A stretch of 33,233 nt of DNA from Welwitschia mirabilis. Its lineage: Eukaryota. Position numbers and translations under genes: made by a program. The stretch covers positions 1,861,092-1,894,324 of the forward strand of contig JBOZIK010000001.1 of the NCBI GenBank assembly GCA_051453625.1, read 5' to 3'. Under the pieces are notes generated by a model. It was not told the origin of the DNA, ran no database searches, and saw only the letters and a program-made list of their open reading frames with translations. This document shows positions 12,667-24,800 of the stretch, in pieces (the stretch's first letter is position 1; every line of letters begins with the position of its first letter).

Positions 12667-13903
12667 CATCACGATGCCAAATCATATGTTTTTGATTGGT
12701 TATTTTGAGTAATTTTATAGGACATTTAGCTAAGTTTAAGTGGAAATTGATGATTATTAAGAGTCAAAGAAATAATCATGAAAACATGAAATTACTAGTA
12801 CATTTGGAGGAATTTTGAATAAATTCGAATACTTAGCATTCTAGGAAGGTGTTAATGATCCAAAAAGTAAATTCACTTCGATAAAGACCTTAAGAGTCTA
12901 TTGTCCTCTTCATCATCTAGATGATAGACTAGATGATGACATGCTGAAAGCTGACAATGATCCTGACTAGACTAAGCTGAAAGCAAATGTTGAATTATTG
13001 TTATGGAATAATTTCCTTTGTTATCTATAAAATAGTTAAGATGACACCTAATTATAGTCAATGCACCAAACTTTATCTAACTTTACAATGTATCAAACAT
13101 GTACTTCTTTAACATCACTATAGTTTCATCTAGTTGTTATGTTTTCTGTTTTTAGAATGTTTGTTTTAATAAATACCTTCTTCATCCTTGCTTTGAATTT
13201 CATCTTCTTTAGCATCTGAAAATCTTATGACATGAGATCAAAGGGCAGGAGATCTATCCATTATTGTAGAGATAAGTCTTTCTTAGTGTTGGGTTATGTA
13301 TCTTTCATTAAGATCTATTACTTTATAATAGGATGTTGGTTTGACATTAATAAAAAGTTTGTTTTAGTTTTATTATGTGCATCTCCCTTATGGTTTATAT
13401 TGGTTATGATTTGTGATAGCTTTATAGTTGATATAGATCATGAGGGAAAACTTTATTAAGGTTGAAATCATTAGTTTAGATTTTGCATTGCATTTTAGTT
13501 TACATTTCATAACATAATACTTGCATGTTTTCTACTTAGGTTGGCTAGGATTAGTGACAGTTTCCTTGATTGATCTAGTCTATATAGGGTTGATCTTTGT
13601 AATAGTGAGATTTAGTAGTTAGATAGATATTTTATTTATGATAGGTTTTATTTATAATTCATTACATTAGTGTATTTATCGTGCATTTTTTTCTTACATC
13701 ATTCTTTATTTCCATTTTTATAAACAAAAAAATACAAAAATATTTTTCTTAAAATCAATTCTCTAACTTCGATCCTAGTGCCTTTGATAGACTATGATAT
13801 TTGGGTTAACTCTTATCTATGATACTGTGTGTTTCATGCAAATATTTGTGATTGACAGGATTTGATTAAAAATGAAATAATTACATAAATATGCACTACA
13901 ATA
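12667..13903 (+). repeat. 3' LTR of the nested Athila-like element
   Basis: catcacgatgccaaat...gcactacaata aligns with 2415-3653 and is followed by the TSD cctat. Confidence 0.92.
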
Positions 13904-15599
13904 CCTATCCATGATCCTAAATTAGCTACAGTGATATTTAATTTAAATTTATGAAAGCATTATATTTATGATGTTAAATTTCAAGTTTGAACTAATCACT
14001 AGAGTTTAAAATACACTTTTACTCCATCAAACTTGAAAATTAGGTAAAGAAGATGGATGAAATTTATTTTTTATTATGATTTTAAAATTTTATACCATGA
14101 AGGAAGATATAATAAAGTTATATATGCTCTTAATAGATGTAGTTTTCTTAAATCACTCATAAAAATTAAAATTCCAATACCTTTTATTACCTTAGAGGTT
14201 TAAAACAAAGATGAAAATTGTCAAAAGTTAAAAAAAAACAAATATAGAAGATTTTAGTATCTGTTCAAATGATATATTAAAAGGAAGATTTTCTGGTTCT
14301 TAATGTAGATGATATTAAACATAATCTAATGTTTGAATTTTATAATCCATGAATATTGAGTAATTTTGGAGGAACTAAGATGTATCAAAATATTAAAAAA
14401 ATCTTTAATGATTAGGTATAAATAAACATATGGCAAAATTTGTATCAAATCATCTAAATTATTAATAAGTTAACATAGAATATAGGAATCTAATAGGATT
14501 ATTTTATCCTCATGATGTTTCAAAATATAAATGGAACGTGATTTGAATGGATTTTATCTTAAAACGTTGAAAAACTCAAAGAGGTAATGGCTTAATCATG
14601 GTTATAATTGATAGGACAACTAAGTTAGCATAGTTCATCCTCATAAAGTTTACTTATAATTCTAAAGACATTACTAAAGTATATATTTATAATGTTTTTT
14701 TTGCATGATGTATCCTTAGTATTTATTTTTGATAGAAATTTTAAGAGCTATAATTGGGTTTAGAAATTAAGTTAGATATGAACTCCACATTTCATCCTCA
14801 AAAAGTTGATTAATAAACAAGGGTTAATCAAGTTTTAAAAGATATTCTTAGAGCATGTGTTTTAGATGGACTTAAAAGTTGGAAATAATATATACCATTA
14901 GTTTAATTTAGATATAATAACAATTATTAAAGTTTAGTCCAAATGGATGCATTTAAGGCTTGATATTGTAAAAACTGTAGTGCACCTACTACATGGATAA
15001 AACCTAAGGAAATATTAGATATAAGACCAAAAATGTTATAGAAAATAAAAAATGAAATGAAAACCATGAAGAACAGACTTAAATAAGTAGCAAATAGATA
15101 AAAGATGTATGTAGATTAACAAAGAATAAATCTTGATTTCCAAATTGATGATCATGTATTTCTTGAAGTATGACCAATGAAAGTAGTAATGTCAGGATTT
15201 TAAAGATCAAAATTAGCACCTAGATTCATTAGCACCTAGATTTATTAGACCATTTTAAAAACTAGAATGTATTAGACTTATGGCATATAAGCTTACTCTA
15301 CCTTCTTAATTGATGTGCATTCATAATGTTTTTTAATATGAATATGTTAAGAAGATATAATGCAAATACCTCTTATGTGTTAAATTGGTTTTATATTTAG
15401 GTCAAACATAGAAACCCAATTCTTCAATTATAGAGGAGATAGAAGCAATTTTATACTAGTGAGTTATCACTTTGTAGAATAGAAGATCCATCAAGTAAAA
15501 ATAAACTGGAGTAACCATACCCTTAATGAAGCTACTTGGGAGCAAGAAAAAATAATAAAAAATTAATACATGGATCTTTTTGAATTGCGTAATATTTAG
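13904..15599 (+). pseudogene. Tekay-like pol fragment 3: RNase H C-part, integrase, GPY/F and chromodomain
   Basis: HDPKLATVIFNLNL*KHYIY...TNH*SLKY...RRWMKF; GGTKMYQNIKK; KWNVI*MDFI; IMVIIDRTTKLA; STFHPQ...RVNQVLKDILRACVLD; KLAPRFI; chromodomain QVKINWSNHTLNEATWEQE...YMDLF (~15433-15585); TAG at 15597-15599. Confidence 0.95.
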
Positions 15600-15650
15600 T
15601 TATAGATTTTCAGACTTGTTATGTATCTTGATTCTTAGGCGTAAATTCTT

Positions 15651-15667
15651 TAAGTGGTGAAAGAAGT
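15651..15667 (+). promoter_or_regulatory. Polypurine tract of the chromovirus
   Basis: taagtggtgaaagaagt lies ~50 bp after the pol stop, in a Tekay-like context (aaattctttaag...), directly before tgtagcc. Confidence 0.7.
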
Positions 15668-17917
15668 TGTAGCCTATAATTTGAAACCTTTAGTTAGTAA
15701 AATAGTAAATGTTTTAATCTCTTAATTATATAATACTTTTTGGTATTTTAGTTTTAATATGACATCCTTCTTTATTTAGAGGCTTCATAGAAACTAATAT
15801 TTCTTTTTATAATTAATGATGTCTTATATTTTTCTTTATGTCATAAAATAATATGCATTATGCTTAATTTTGAATTATAGATGATTAAACTATATTTTAA
15901 CTAATTAATCTTGATTTTTGAGTTAGTTTTATAGGTTTAATATTTTTTAAATTATTTTATGAAATTTTTTTGATCAAAATAAATAAGCTATCAAAATCTT
16001 AAAATTAAATAATTTCATTTATGAAAAAAATCCAATTTACATGGTAAAGTTATTAAATAGAGGATTTTACAAAAAGGTATAAAATAATACTAGTATATTA
16101 AAGTTTGATACTACCCATTTATTCATGTGTCTCATTCAAGTTAAAAATGTTAAATTTCTTCAAAAATGTAAATGGTTAATGTAGTTGGCAAAGAAGTGGA
16201 TAAAATTTAAGTACAATTAATTATGTTATGATACTTTTTTTCTTCTTGTGATTTATGTTGATGGATCATAAAATTAATGAGCATGTAAATAAGTACGTGC
16301 ACTCTTATCTAAATACCAAGATAGATGAATGAGTATATTTGACTCTATCATAACTTATATTCTTTTTATATTTGTAAAAGTGCTTGGTTTATAAAATATA
16401 CATTTTTCTTGTTCATTAAAATTAAAAAAGTCTATCTCATTGGGACACATGGTAATTTTGAAACTAGTGCATTGAAAAAGATTTATTTCATTAATGCATA
16501 TTATATATTATTTAATGCATGTTTTTGAGTTTATTAAATGTGGATATAGACCTATAAAGGATTAAGAATGAGCTAGCATAAAGAAATAATGTATGTAATT
16601 AACTTACTTATTAAAGAAAAAGAAATATTCATCCTAGTTAAGTGTATGAATTAAAGATATGAATTTTTTTTTCCATTCATATATTAATGTCATTTATCAC
16701 TTAATATTAACCAACTTATCATTGATCAATCTTATCTAATGTAATGTAACCCATCATATCCAATTTAATGTAGTTAATGCCATCTACTTTAATGTAACTA
16801 TGTTATCTTATAGTTAAGATGATATGTTTGGTTCTTAACCAGTTAAATCAAGGACTTTTGTTCTATTATTTTCTTATAAATTCATTCCTTTCCTCTTTTA
16901 AAAATAATTTTTTTTTCATATTTAGATAGGTACATGCTGCCAAATTCTCTTTTTAATTTTCCACAATATTTTCTTCTCTCCTCATTCTCTTACTTTTAAG
17001 GATGCAGTTTGTACCTTGGAACTTGAATCTTGGATCTTAGAGCTTGGAACTTGTATCTTAGCTTTTGAATCTTGGAGCTTGGTACTTCATCAAACAATCA
17101 TCAATATTCATCAAGTATGAACCTCAAATCATCACTTTTCCAAGTAGGTTCCTTTACTTATTATATTCATATGTTATATCTTTTCTTGAATAAACATATG
17201 GCATCATAAAACTATTACATTTAGCCATTGCATAAGATTATTATCATGTTAATTTAATTGAGATTATCCCTTTCATTTGGCTTAAAACAAAACAAGGGAG
17301 AGATTTAAGGGATCTCTTTACATGCTTAGTTGATAAGGTTAATAATGGATAATTTTGGCTAAGTGATCAGGGGTTAATAATATTTGGGTATTCATATTTT
17401 GTTGTGCATTGTTGATTAATTTTGAAAGTTGCATTATGTATCATATATGCATTATAATTCTTTTATAGGATAGATTATTTAAACCTCAATCCCACTTATG
17501 CTAGGTACTCCATGATAATCCTAAGGCTAATTAAAGTTGTCTACTTTTACTTAATGTTTTACACTATTTTTTATAATAAATATGGATTTTTATTTAGTAA
17601 AATTTATTTTGTATATTACATAGACTAATCACATTAGGTATTTTCATTGAGTTTTATCACCTATAGTTGTTAGATTTATATATCAGTTTCTACGTTCTTG
17701 TTTAGATAAAGTTTATGTTTGTGAATTTTGTAATATCACTTAGGGAGATCATAAATCATTAACAATTACTTATAATTTAATCATATTTACTTTGTAAGTT
17801 TGAGATTCATTTTATATTATATTTTAATAATAGTAACATCTCTAAGATGTAATAATTTTTAAAAAATTATTTTATTAAAATAACTTTAAAAATAAACACA
17901 AAAAGTAGTAAGCATTA
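15668..17917 (+). repeat. Putative 3' LTR of the chromovirus (~2.25 kb)
   Basis: Begins tgtagcct after the PPT and is non-coding. The contig ends gtagtaagcatta just before the gap, compatible with a ...TTACA terminus. The partner LTR is not in the window. Confidence 0.55.
17015..17087 (+). repeat. Heptamer tandem array, 10 copies of ~CTTGGA(A/T/G)
   Basis: cttggaa cttgaat cttggat cttagag cttggaa cttgtat cttagct tttgaat cttggag cttggta ctt. Confidence 0.9.
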
Positions 17918-18894
17918 NNNNNNNNNNNNNNNNNNNNNNNNNNNNNNNNNNNNNNNNNNNNNNNNNNNNNNNNNNNNNNNNNNNNNNNNNNNNNNNNNNT
18001 GATCTTAAATAATTTAAAGATTCAAGGTACTTTAAAGTCTATAACAATTTTAGTGTAGTGTGATTTAATAATAATTCTAAACATTTAGATAATTTTTATA
18101 CTTAATATATAATATTAGAATATGTAGTTATAGATATCTAAATATAATAACACTAATTTTTCCACGTTATATAATGAGTCTAGTTTAAGAAAAACTACAA
18201 GATTTACTTTTATCCTTATAAGTCATTAATTACAAATTTTTAATAATAAGCTCTCTGAGAAAGCTAAAAATTATCTAATCAATTATTAAAAAATTTACTA
18301 AATAAAATTATGGTAATAATTCAAGAGTATAACATGTATAATAACTAGACCAATTTTATTATATATCATTTGTGTTAAGTTTTCTTTAATAAATCATAAT
18401 TTATGCCTTCCTTATTAGGGCCTTACTCTTGAATAGTCATGAATTTTCTATTTTAGCATAAGCTATTTTGGACTAATTAGCTATTAAAAAGAAATTGTAG
18501 TTTAATGTTGTTTTCATTATATAATATTATTAATACTCTCATTTGTATACAAATCCTTATAATCTTCATTTACTATTAATTTAATAGGTATTTTTAGATA
18601 CTAAAAATTTTTAATTTCTTTGATTTTTATGCTTTTTAATGATCTTATAGATACATGAATGTTTAATTAAGAATTATATCTTATACTGTTATTTATCTTT
18701 TTATTGATCATATTATTATATTAGAAAGTTACTAGTTAAATTTGGAAAAAAGAGGGTTTAAAACATGTATGGTCTTATGTGTAGGATATTCTTATTTCTT
18801 TTCAAAAAAATTTACAGTGATAATATCATTGATTTTAAATTTATAGTTATGTGAAATAAAAAGAATATATTTATAATGTTTTAAATTTTTTTAC

Positions 18895-19461
18895 TTTATT
18901 TTTAAAAAAATTATTTTGTAACATAACAAATGAAGACTATGTATTTTTTTTTGTTTTATGCATGATTGTTTGTAATAAACCAAATCAATGAAGTTTGATC
19001 TATATTATGTAGGTAAATAAACAACTAAATATTCATATTAGTTATAATTGTATGCATGCATTTATCTAGTGTACTCATTGAATCATCATTAAACTAAAAT
19101 AATTCTAATAAAATCCATTCCTATACTTGGATTTCATTACCACTATTTTGACCCTACACATGCATGTACTTACTTAAAATAATATTCTAATCCCTTAATG
19201 TCAAAGTATTGTGTTATACTATCCTCAGATGCTTCAAGGAAGCAAGGTTCACTTGTAAGCATGCATCCACTTCACATATCATCTAGAACCTTTTTGACAG
19301 TATATTGAGGTGAAGTCTAAACCTATGGAGTTAAGTTCGATCATGTTTGTTTAGTTTAGAATCAAAAATAAATCTAACTCACATCTAGATGACAACTAGA
19401 TATTGAGTTGAAATGCCATTAATAAGAGATGCAACCTCTTATTCTATTGGTTACACTAAAC
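18895..19461 (-). pseudogene. Unidentified intron-containing gene relic (2-3 exons)
   Basis: Exons 19461-19383, 19322-19174 and possibly 18999-18895, with GTGAGT..TAG and GTAAGT..TAG introns. They join in one frame with three transition-type stops. Confidence 0.55.
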
Positions 19462-19754
19462 CTATATTTATATTTGTAGTAAAACAAGTTAACACCTTAT
19501 CAACTATATACAAGATATCTTTATGTAGTAAAAAACTATAGGAAAAATCATAGTACACATAACTAACATCGCTATTATTTACAAACCAAATTAATCTTTT
19601 CATAAGAAATATTTGTAATTTCTACTTTTTTTTTAAATATGTATAAAAATGCTAGTGAAGTATATGTGGAAGTTTATTTTAAGTTCCATTAAGTATTTTT
19701 ATTAATCTAAAAGAAGAAAAAAAACAAATTTGCTTATTAAGGATAAATTAAGTT

Positions 19755-21350
19755 ATGGTTATATATGATACTTTTATATTCTATATAAGGAAAACAAAAT
19801 AATTTTAAAAGTATTAATATATTTTGAAACTTTAATATTTTAAAATTTCTAGTATAAGAATTCATTTTTAAAGAAGTATCATTTTTACTTCTAAATAAGA
19901 AGCAAATCCACAAAATGTAATGAATTATGATTTTCACAATTGATAGCTTACCTGAAAAATGTTTAGGTATTTCTTATTTTATGTGAAGAGTGAAGTAAAA
20001 ATTATTAAGAAACATTTTAAATAAAATGGAAAATAATTTAGTAAGTTGGAAAGATAAGATTGCATTTTTTAATAAGAAGAGCTCAACTTATTTGAAGTTG
20101 TCTTTAATCCTTCTTAATTTATTTGAAATCTTATCTTTGAACTCTAAAAGAAGTTATTAAAAGCATTGAAAAGATGGAAAGAAATTTCTCATGAGAAATA
20201 ATTGATGGTAAGAAGCATATGCATTTAACACATTAGGAATCTTTCTACAAATTATTGGAAAATGATAGCTTTGGTTTAAAAGACTTTATCAGTTAAATCT
20301 TTTTATCTTAGTTAAAATATTTTGATGGCAATATATATAGAATGAAAAATGAATTTATATATTAAAGGATAAATATTGAAATTACTTTAAAGTATTTTTT
20401 TAAAGATTCATATATAATTAGAGGTTCTATAATTAAAAAAAAATAAAAGATTATCTAAAGAAATATATACATTTAGATACTCATGGAAATTGGACATGAC
20501 AAGTTATTAATAGTTTTAGATATTTAAAAATTCTTTTTAAAGTTATCCTCTAAATAAGGAAACAATTAGATGGTGAAAAACATGGTATTAGTCTAAAGCT
20601 ATTTTTTTTTTAAAATTTTTCTTCCTCCAACATGATCAATTAAGCTATCTTTTTTAAAGAATTTCCAAACATTGTTTGATTATTATAAATCACTAGTACT
20701 TTTGCAAAAATAAACAATAATCCTCTAGATACTTTTTTCTTCATTATAAATGAATTAAAAAAATTAGGATTTTATCTTTTAAATGAAAAATTATCATAGC
20801 TCTTTCAAAGAATGTTAAACACTTATTTAGATAATAAAATTAGCCTACAAGTGGATGATAGATGAATATTATTTTTTCTTATTTTTTTCTTTACATTTAG
20901 TACTATTGTAAAGTGTGTAATTTAAGATTCTTTAGAGGAAATGATCTCATGTTTGAACTATTTGCAATTATATTATTAATAAATGAAAATAAATTTTGAA
21001 TATTTAAAAGGAATTACACTTTGAAACATAACATGATTAGTTCACATTTCAATTATTTTCCCTTTTACTTTTGACTAGTCTTCTATGGCAAATTAGTTGT
21101 ATTACTAGGCCTTTTTCACAAAAGATAAATTTGTTTTTCTTTTTCAACTAGCCCTTAGGGGTATGGGTTTCTCAAAATGAAGCTTCTACTTTTAGAAATA
21201 TCTAGGACGAAAGTAGTTATTTGGGAATTAAGGAAAAATATTAAAACTAGATTATTTTACATTTAATATAAATCTTATCCTATGGAGCTAATGCTCTTAT
21301 TATCAACTATGCAATGGTCATCATAGAACTACATTTTTTACTTATTTTTA
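19755..21350 (+). mobile_element. Highly decayed L1-clade LINE ORF2 fragment (RT C-end to probable zf-RVT)
   Basis: FTIDSLPEKCLGISYF...LNKMENNLVSWKDK...RAQLI*SCL*SFLIY...IEKMERNFS*...KKHMHLTH*ESFYK...FGLKD matches LPxKYLGIP...LxSWKGKxLSxAGRxQLI...IEKxxRNFLW...HLVxWxxxCKPxxxGGLGIK. The core 19930-20330 is clear; outer limits are approximate. Confidence 0.75.
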
Positions 21351-22748
21351 AAAAACAAAAAATAGTATATAATGATACGTAAAATCTTTGTTGTTTATAT
21401 AATTACCTAAGTGTTTTACTTGTTTTAATCATAATGATAAATTAGTTCAAAAATCACTAATGCAATTAAGTCATGGCATTACGACTTAAAAGAACATTTG
21501 TCAAAGAATGAAGATAATATAAATAAAAAATTAATACTTTATAATGAAAAAAATTTAGTTTATTAGAAATTAGTACCAATATTATAGAGGTTTGATATAT
21601 TCAAAAATGAAATAAATAATATCATATATACATCCAAAATGCACTTCATGAGGAACAAGTATCTATACATATCAATCATCCATCTTGATCTAATTAAAAT
21701 AGAGAAGCTTAATAATAATATTTACTAGTAAAGATAAAGAGAATTTGTTAAAAAAAATACTAAAAATCTTGGAAACTAAAATTAACCCTATTCCACCTTG
21801 ATGCTTAGCATCAGAGAAAAATACTATTAGATGAATCTAATATAAATACTAAATTAAGAAAAATGTCATACAATCTAGTGAACTTTAACACATATTAAAA
21901 GACTTTGTTCACATAATTAAGATCACATGATAGCTTAATAGACATCAATTATAATGTAGTTATGGTTCTTAAATTGTTAGAATACAAAAACAATATTATT
22001 ACCTAGAAATAATTCTATATGAAAGATCTATTCTTATTATTATAAAATTTAGTAGAATATAAGTAATTCTTTAGAAATACAATACAATTTTTTAGGATGA
22101 AAAGATGAAATTTTTTTGAATTTAATTAAAAATTAAAATAGTTAAGATTTGAAAGGAATAAGACACGTTATTATTATTCCTATTTTAGCTCATTTTTTTC
22201 CTTGTATTATTTCTTCTACAACATTCTATATAAATTTCAAGAATAAAGAACACATTAGTTCATATCNNNNNNNNNNNNNNNNNNNNNNNNNNNNNNNNNN
22301 NNNNNNNNNNNNNNNNNNNNNNNNNNNNNNNNNNNNNNNNNNNNNNNNNNNNNNNNNNNNNNNNNNACATTAGTTCATATCAAAATACACAACTATCTAT
22401 ACTCATTATCTTAGTTTTAATTTATATGAGTAATTACATTAACTTATATAATTATTTTTGTGTAAAATTATACTATATATTATAAATAGGTGAATTATTT
22501 ATTCTATATTTTTAATTAACCCTATTTTTTAAGAAACGGTAAATAGATTATATTAACTCAAAAGAAGTCACATACACAATATAGCTTAGGAGCTAGATTT
22601 TCAAGCATGGTAGAAGTCCCTTTGGTATTTAAAACCCTAAACATTAGCATCTAATTTTGTTAAACTAGGTTCTAAATTTTAGTTAGATATAGAATTAAGG
22701 CTATCATACCATAAGGAGTTTAGAACAAAATGATATTAATTAGGGGCA

Positions 22749-23555
22749 TAATTTGTGAGGTGCAGGAAGGGGAAGGATTTGGGCAATGGAACTAGGAGCC
22801 AAGGGTTTTGTTTCTTTCTTTTCTTCTTCTTTCTATTACTCCTCTTCCATAGCTTCTTCTTCATAATGTTGTTATTCAGTCTGTTTTATTTCCAATGTGT
22901 AAGTAGCACATCCCACAATGTCATATTTTTCATAGGTTTCTTTGGGATTTCTTGTCAAGCTAACATGCTAGTGTCAATCTACATTCTCCTTTTGAAATAA
23001 TAATCAAATCAATGCTTCATGATGTACCTTATAGCTTTGGAGGGAGTAGTGAAGAGAATTAAAGAGAAAGAAATGGATATATATCTAAAACTCTACCATT
23101 ATAACAACAAGCAAATGGAGGTAAAGTGCATTGATCTTGTCAAAGTGACCCTCTAAGATAAAATATTTCATGATCAAAGTAGCCCAAGAATTAAAGGGCC
23201 TTAGTACATCCTTCCTTCTATAGCTTCCTCTTCTCTTGCATAGAGTTTTTCCAATCAAGCATTCAAAATGGAAAATAATCAGAGCTTTAGAAACATCCCT
23301 TTTTAGCTCTATTTCTTGAGGACCTATTTGAATTACATCACTAATGGATGGAAGATCAATGAATATAGTAGCATTATGTACTCTAGTAGATCTATAATTC
23401 TAGTTTCTAAAGAATTATTTGAAGAGATCAGGATTATGCCCTCTAAGGCTAAGAACATAAGAATTCCATCCTGCTACTTGAAAGGCCTCCCAAGTTTACT
23501 CATGGTGTAGTAGCATGTAGCGCTTGGGAGGTTCTATTCTTAGAGATTTTTCCAT
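22749..23555 (-). pseudogene. Accessory ORF relic resembling uncharacterised extra ORFs of gymnosperm Tat-clade LTR retrotransposons
   Basis: Single frame of ~270 codons from ATG at 23555: MEKSLRIEPP...WEAFQVAGWNSYVLSLRGHNPDL...LIMKYFILEGHFDKINALYLHLL...IHFFLFNSL...HEALI*LL, then an E/K-rich tail. Family assignment is from recalled motif pattern only. Confidence 0.6.
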
Positions 23556-23769
23556 ATCTTCTAATAATTAAGATCATAACAGCTACTTAATATTAGTTTA
23601 AAGGCTCCACTCTAATGTGGTTCAGATGCTCTTGGCTATGCATTTTGCTACAAAATGGACATGATTCTATTTATAAGGTTTGGGTTATCATGTTTTTATA
23701 TAGACTTGGATTTGATCCAATTCTCCAATCTATTTAATGATTTTGAATTTTAAATTTAAGAGGGATAAT

Positions 23770-24800
23770 TTTCTTACTAAAAGTTAATATTACATCTATG
23801 TTTCCATAAAAGCCAAGCATTAATAATCATGAAAACATTTTTCTTAAAAGAATTAAAAGTATCTAAGCTAATATGAGAAGGGAAAGATATATTCAAGCTT
23901 CTCTAGAGATCTTTTACAGTAGAACATTAAACAAAGAAATGGTTTTTGGACTTATTTTCTTCATGGAAATTAGATAATCTTGATTAACTCTTAAATTTCT
24001 TTGAATAGGCTTGTCTACTATGGAAATACATCCTTTTAACATCTTAATATTCTTTGGAATATTCTAATTCCATAATTCTTTCCATCTATAGTCATATTCA
24101 AACAAATTATGATAGATTACTAAAATGCTTATTTTGCCATTTTAAATAGGAAGAGTTTGATTTCAAAAACATATGGCTAAATCTCTCTAGTGAAATGAAT
24201 CATATGCTTCCAAAAAGTAGAATGCCTTTCTTGATATCCATAATCCTATTTAAAGAATTTATCCTAGAGGATGTTATTGTTAAACAAAAATCTATAGTGG
24301 TGCCTTGCATGAAAACATTTTCTTATGTCCATAATTTTTCTAATGGTAAGACCATCTACTTTCTTTGGCATGAATATTTATTGTTAGTTTATAAGATAAA
24401 GTCTCTTATGAAACGTACCATCTAATCAAATAAAATCTCAAAGAATATTATCTATTAAGTTGGCATACTTATTATATATAGAGAAGCAACTATTGTAGTA
24501 AATGGGCATGCTTACCAGGCAATATATGTTAAGAAGAACTTTTTTCATACTTGATAGGAATTTGTTTTCTCATCTAGTTAATTTAGCTATAATTTTTCTA
24601 ATCAAGGAAGTCTAGATGTTATTAATAATCTATTATAAATCAAAAGGAAGATCAAGATAGATTTCAAGAAATATTGCTTGCGAGCATTAAAAAATGTGTA
24701 AGATAGTTGTCTTCTTTATTTGAAAAGCATTGATGAAAAAGAGTTTTGATTTTGCCAGTTTATTGCAAGTCCTGAGAAATCATGAAACTAATTAATCCTA
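23770..24800 (-). mobile_element. 5'-truncated L1-clade LINE ORF2 fragment (post-RT region, zf-RVT), internally deleted
   Basis: FHDFSGLAINW; LIRKIIAKLTR*ENKFLS; SMPIYYNSCFSI; IDNIL*DFI*; IFMPKKVDGLTIRK; WKELWN*NIPKNIK; NHFFV*CSTVKDL*; WLLWKHRCNINF. Confidence 0.9.

Larger units (their letters stand above)
2415..13903 (+). mobile_element. Complete nested Athila-like Ty3/Gypsy element, apparently non-autonomous (no PR/RT/RH/INT core visible)
   Basis: Two homologous LTRs, identical 5-bp TSD cctat (2410-2414 and 13904-13908), tRNA-Asp-like PBS, PPT, Athila-type integrase tail and 3' extra ORF. Contains a 100-N gap at 8007-8106. Confidence 0.88.
1..17917 (+). mobile_element. Decayed Ty3/Gypsy chromovirus (Tekay/Del-like) LTR retrotransposon, 5' part outside window, interrupted by two nested insertions
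   Basis: Pol motifs resume exactly across both insertions (WGAP|V and NYP|xHD). Domain order RT-RH-INT-chromodomain, then PPT and LTR. Right boundary is inferred. Confidence 0.85.

Noticed and set aside
18100..18480. Faint LINE RT N-terminal resemblance on - (KAxxxxGINYDLLK, LFSKFFNN)
   Set aside because: It requires several frameshifts in extremely AT-rich DNA and cannot be supported without a profile search.
21600..22260. Possible coding remnant on - (FSDAKHQGGIGLILV)
   Set aside because: A single short motif with no continuation; family cannot be assigned.
22252..22381. Direct repeat acattagttcatatc on both sides of an N gap
   Set aside because: An exact 15-bp match at two contig ends is most simply an unmerged overlap, not a TSD.
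22755..24425. Plus-strand ORFs 22755-23000, 23316-23510 and 24195-24425
   Set aside because: They are antisense shadows of the minus-strand accessory ORF and LINE relics.
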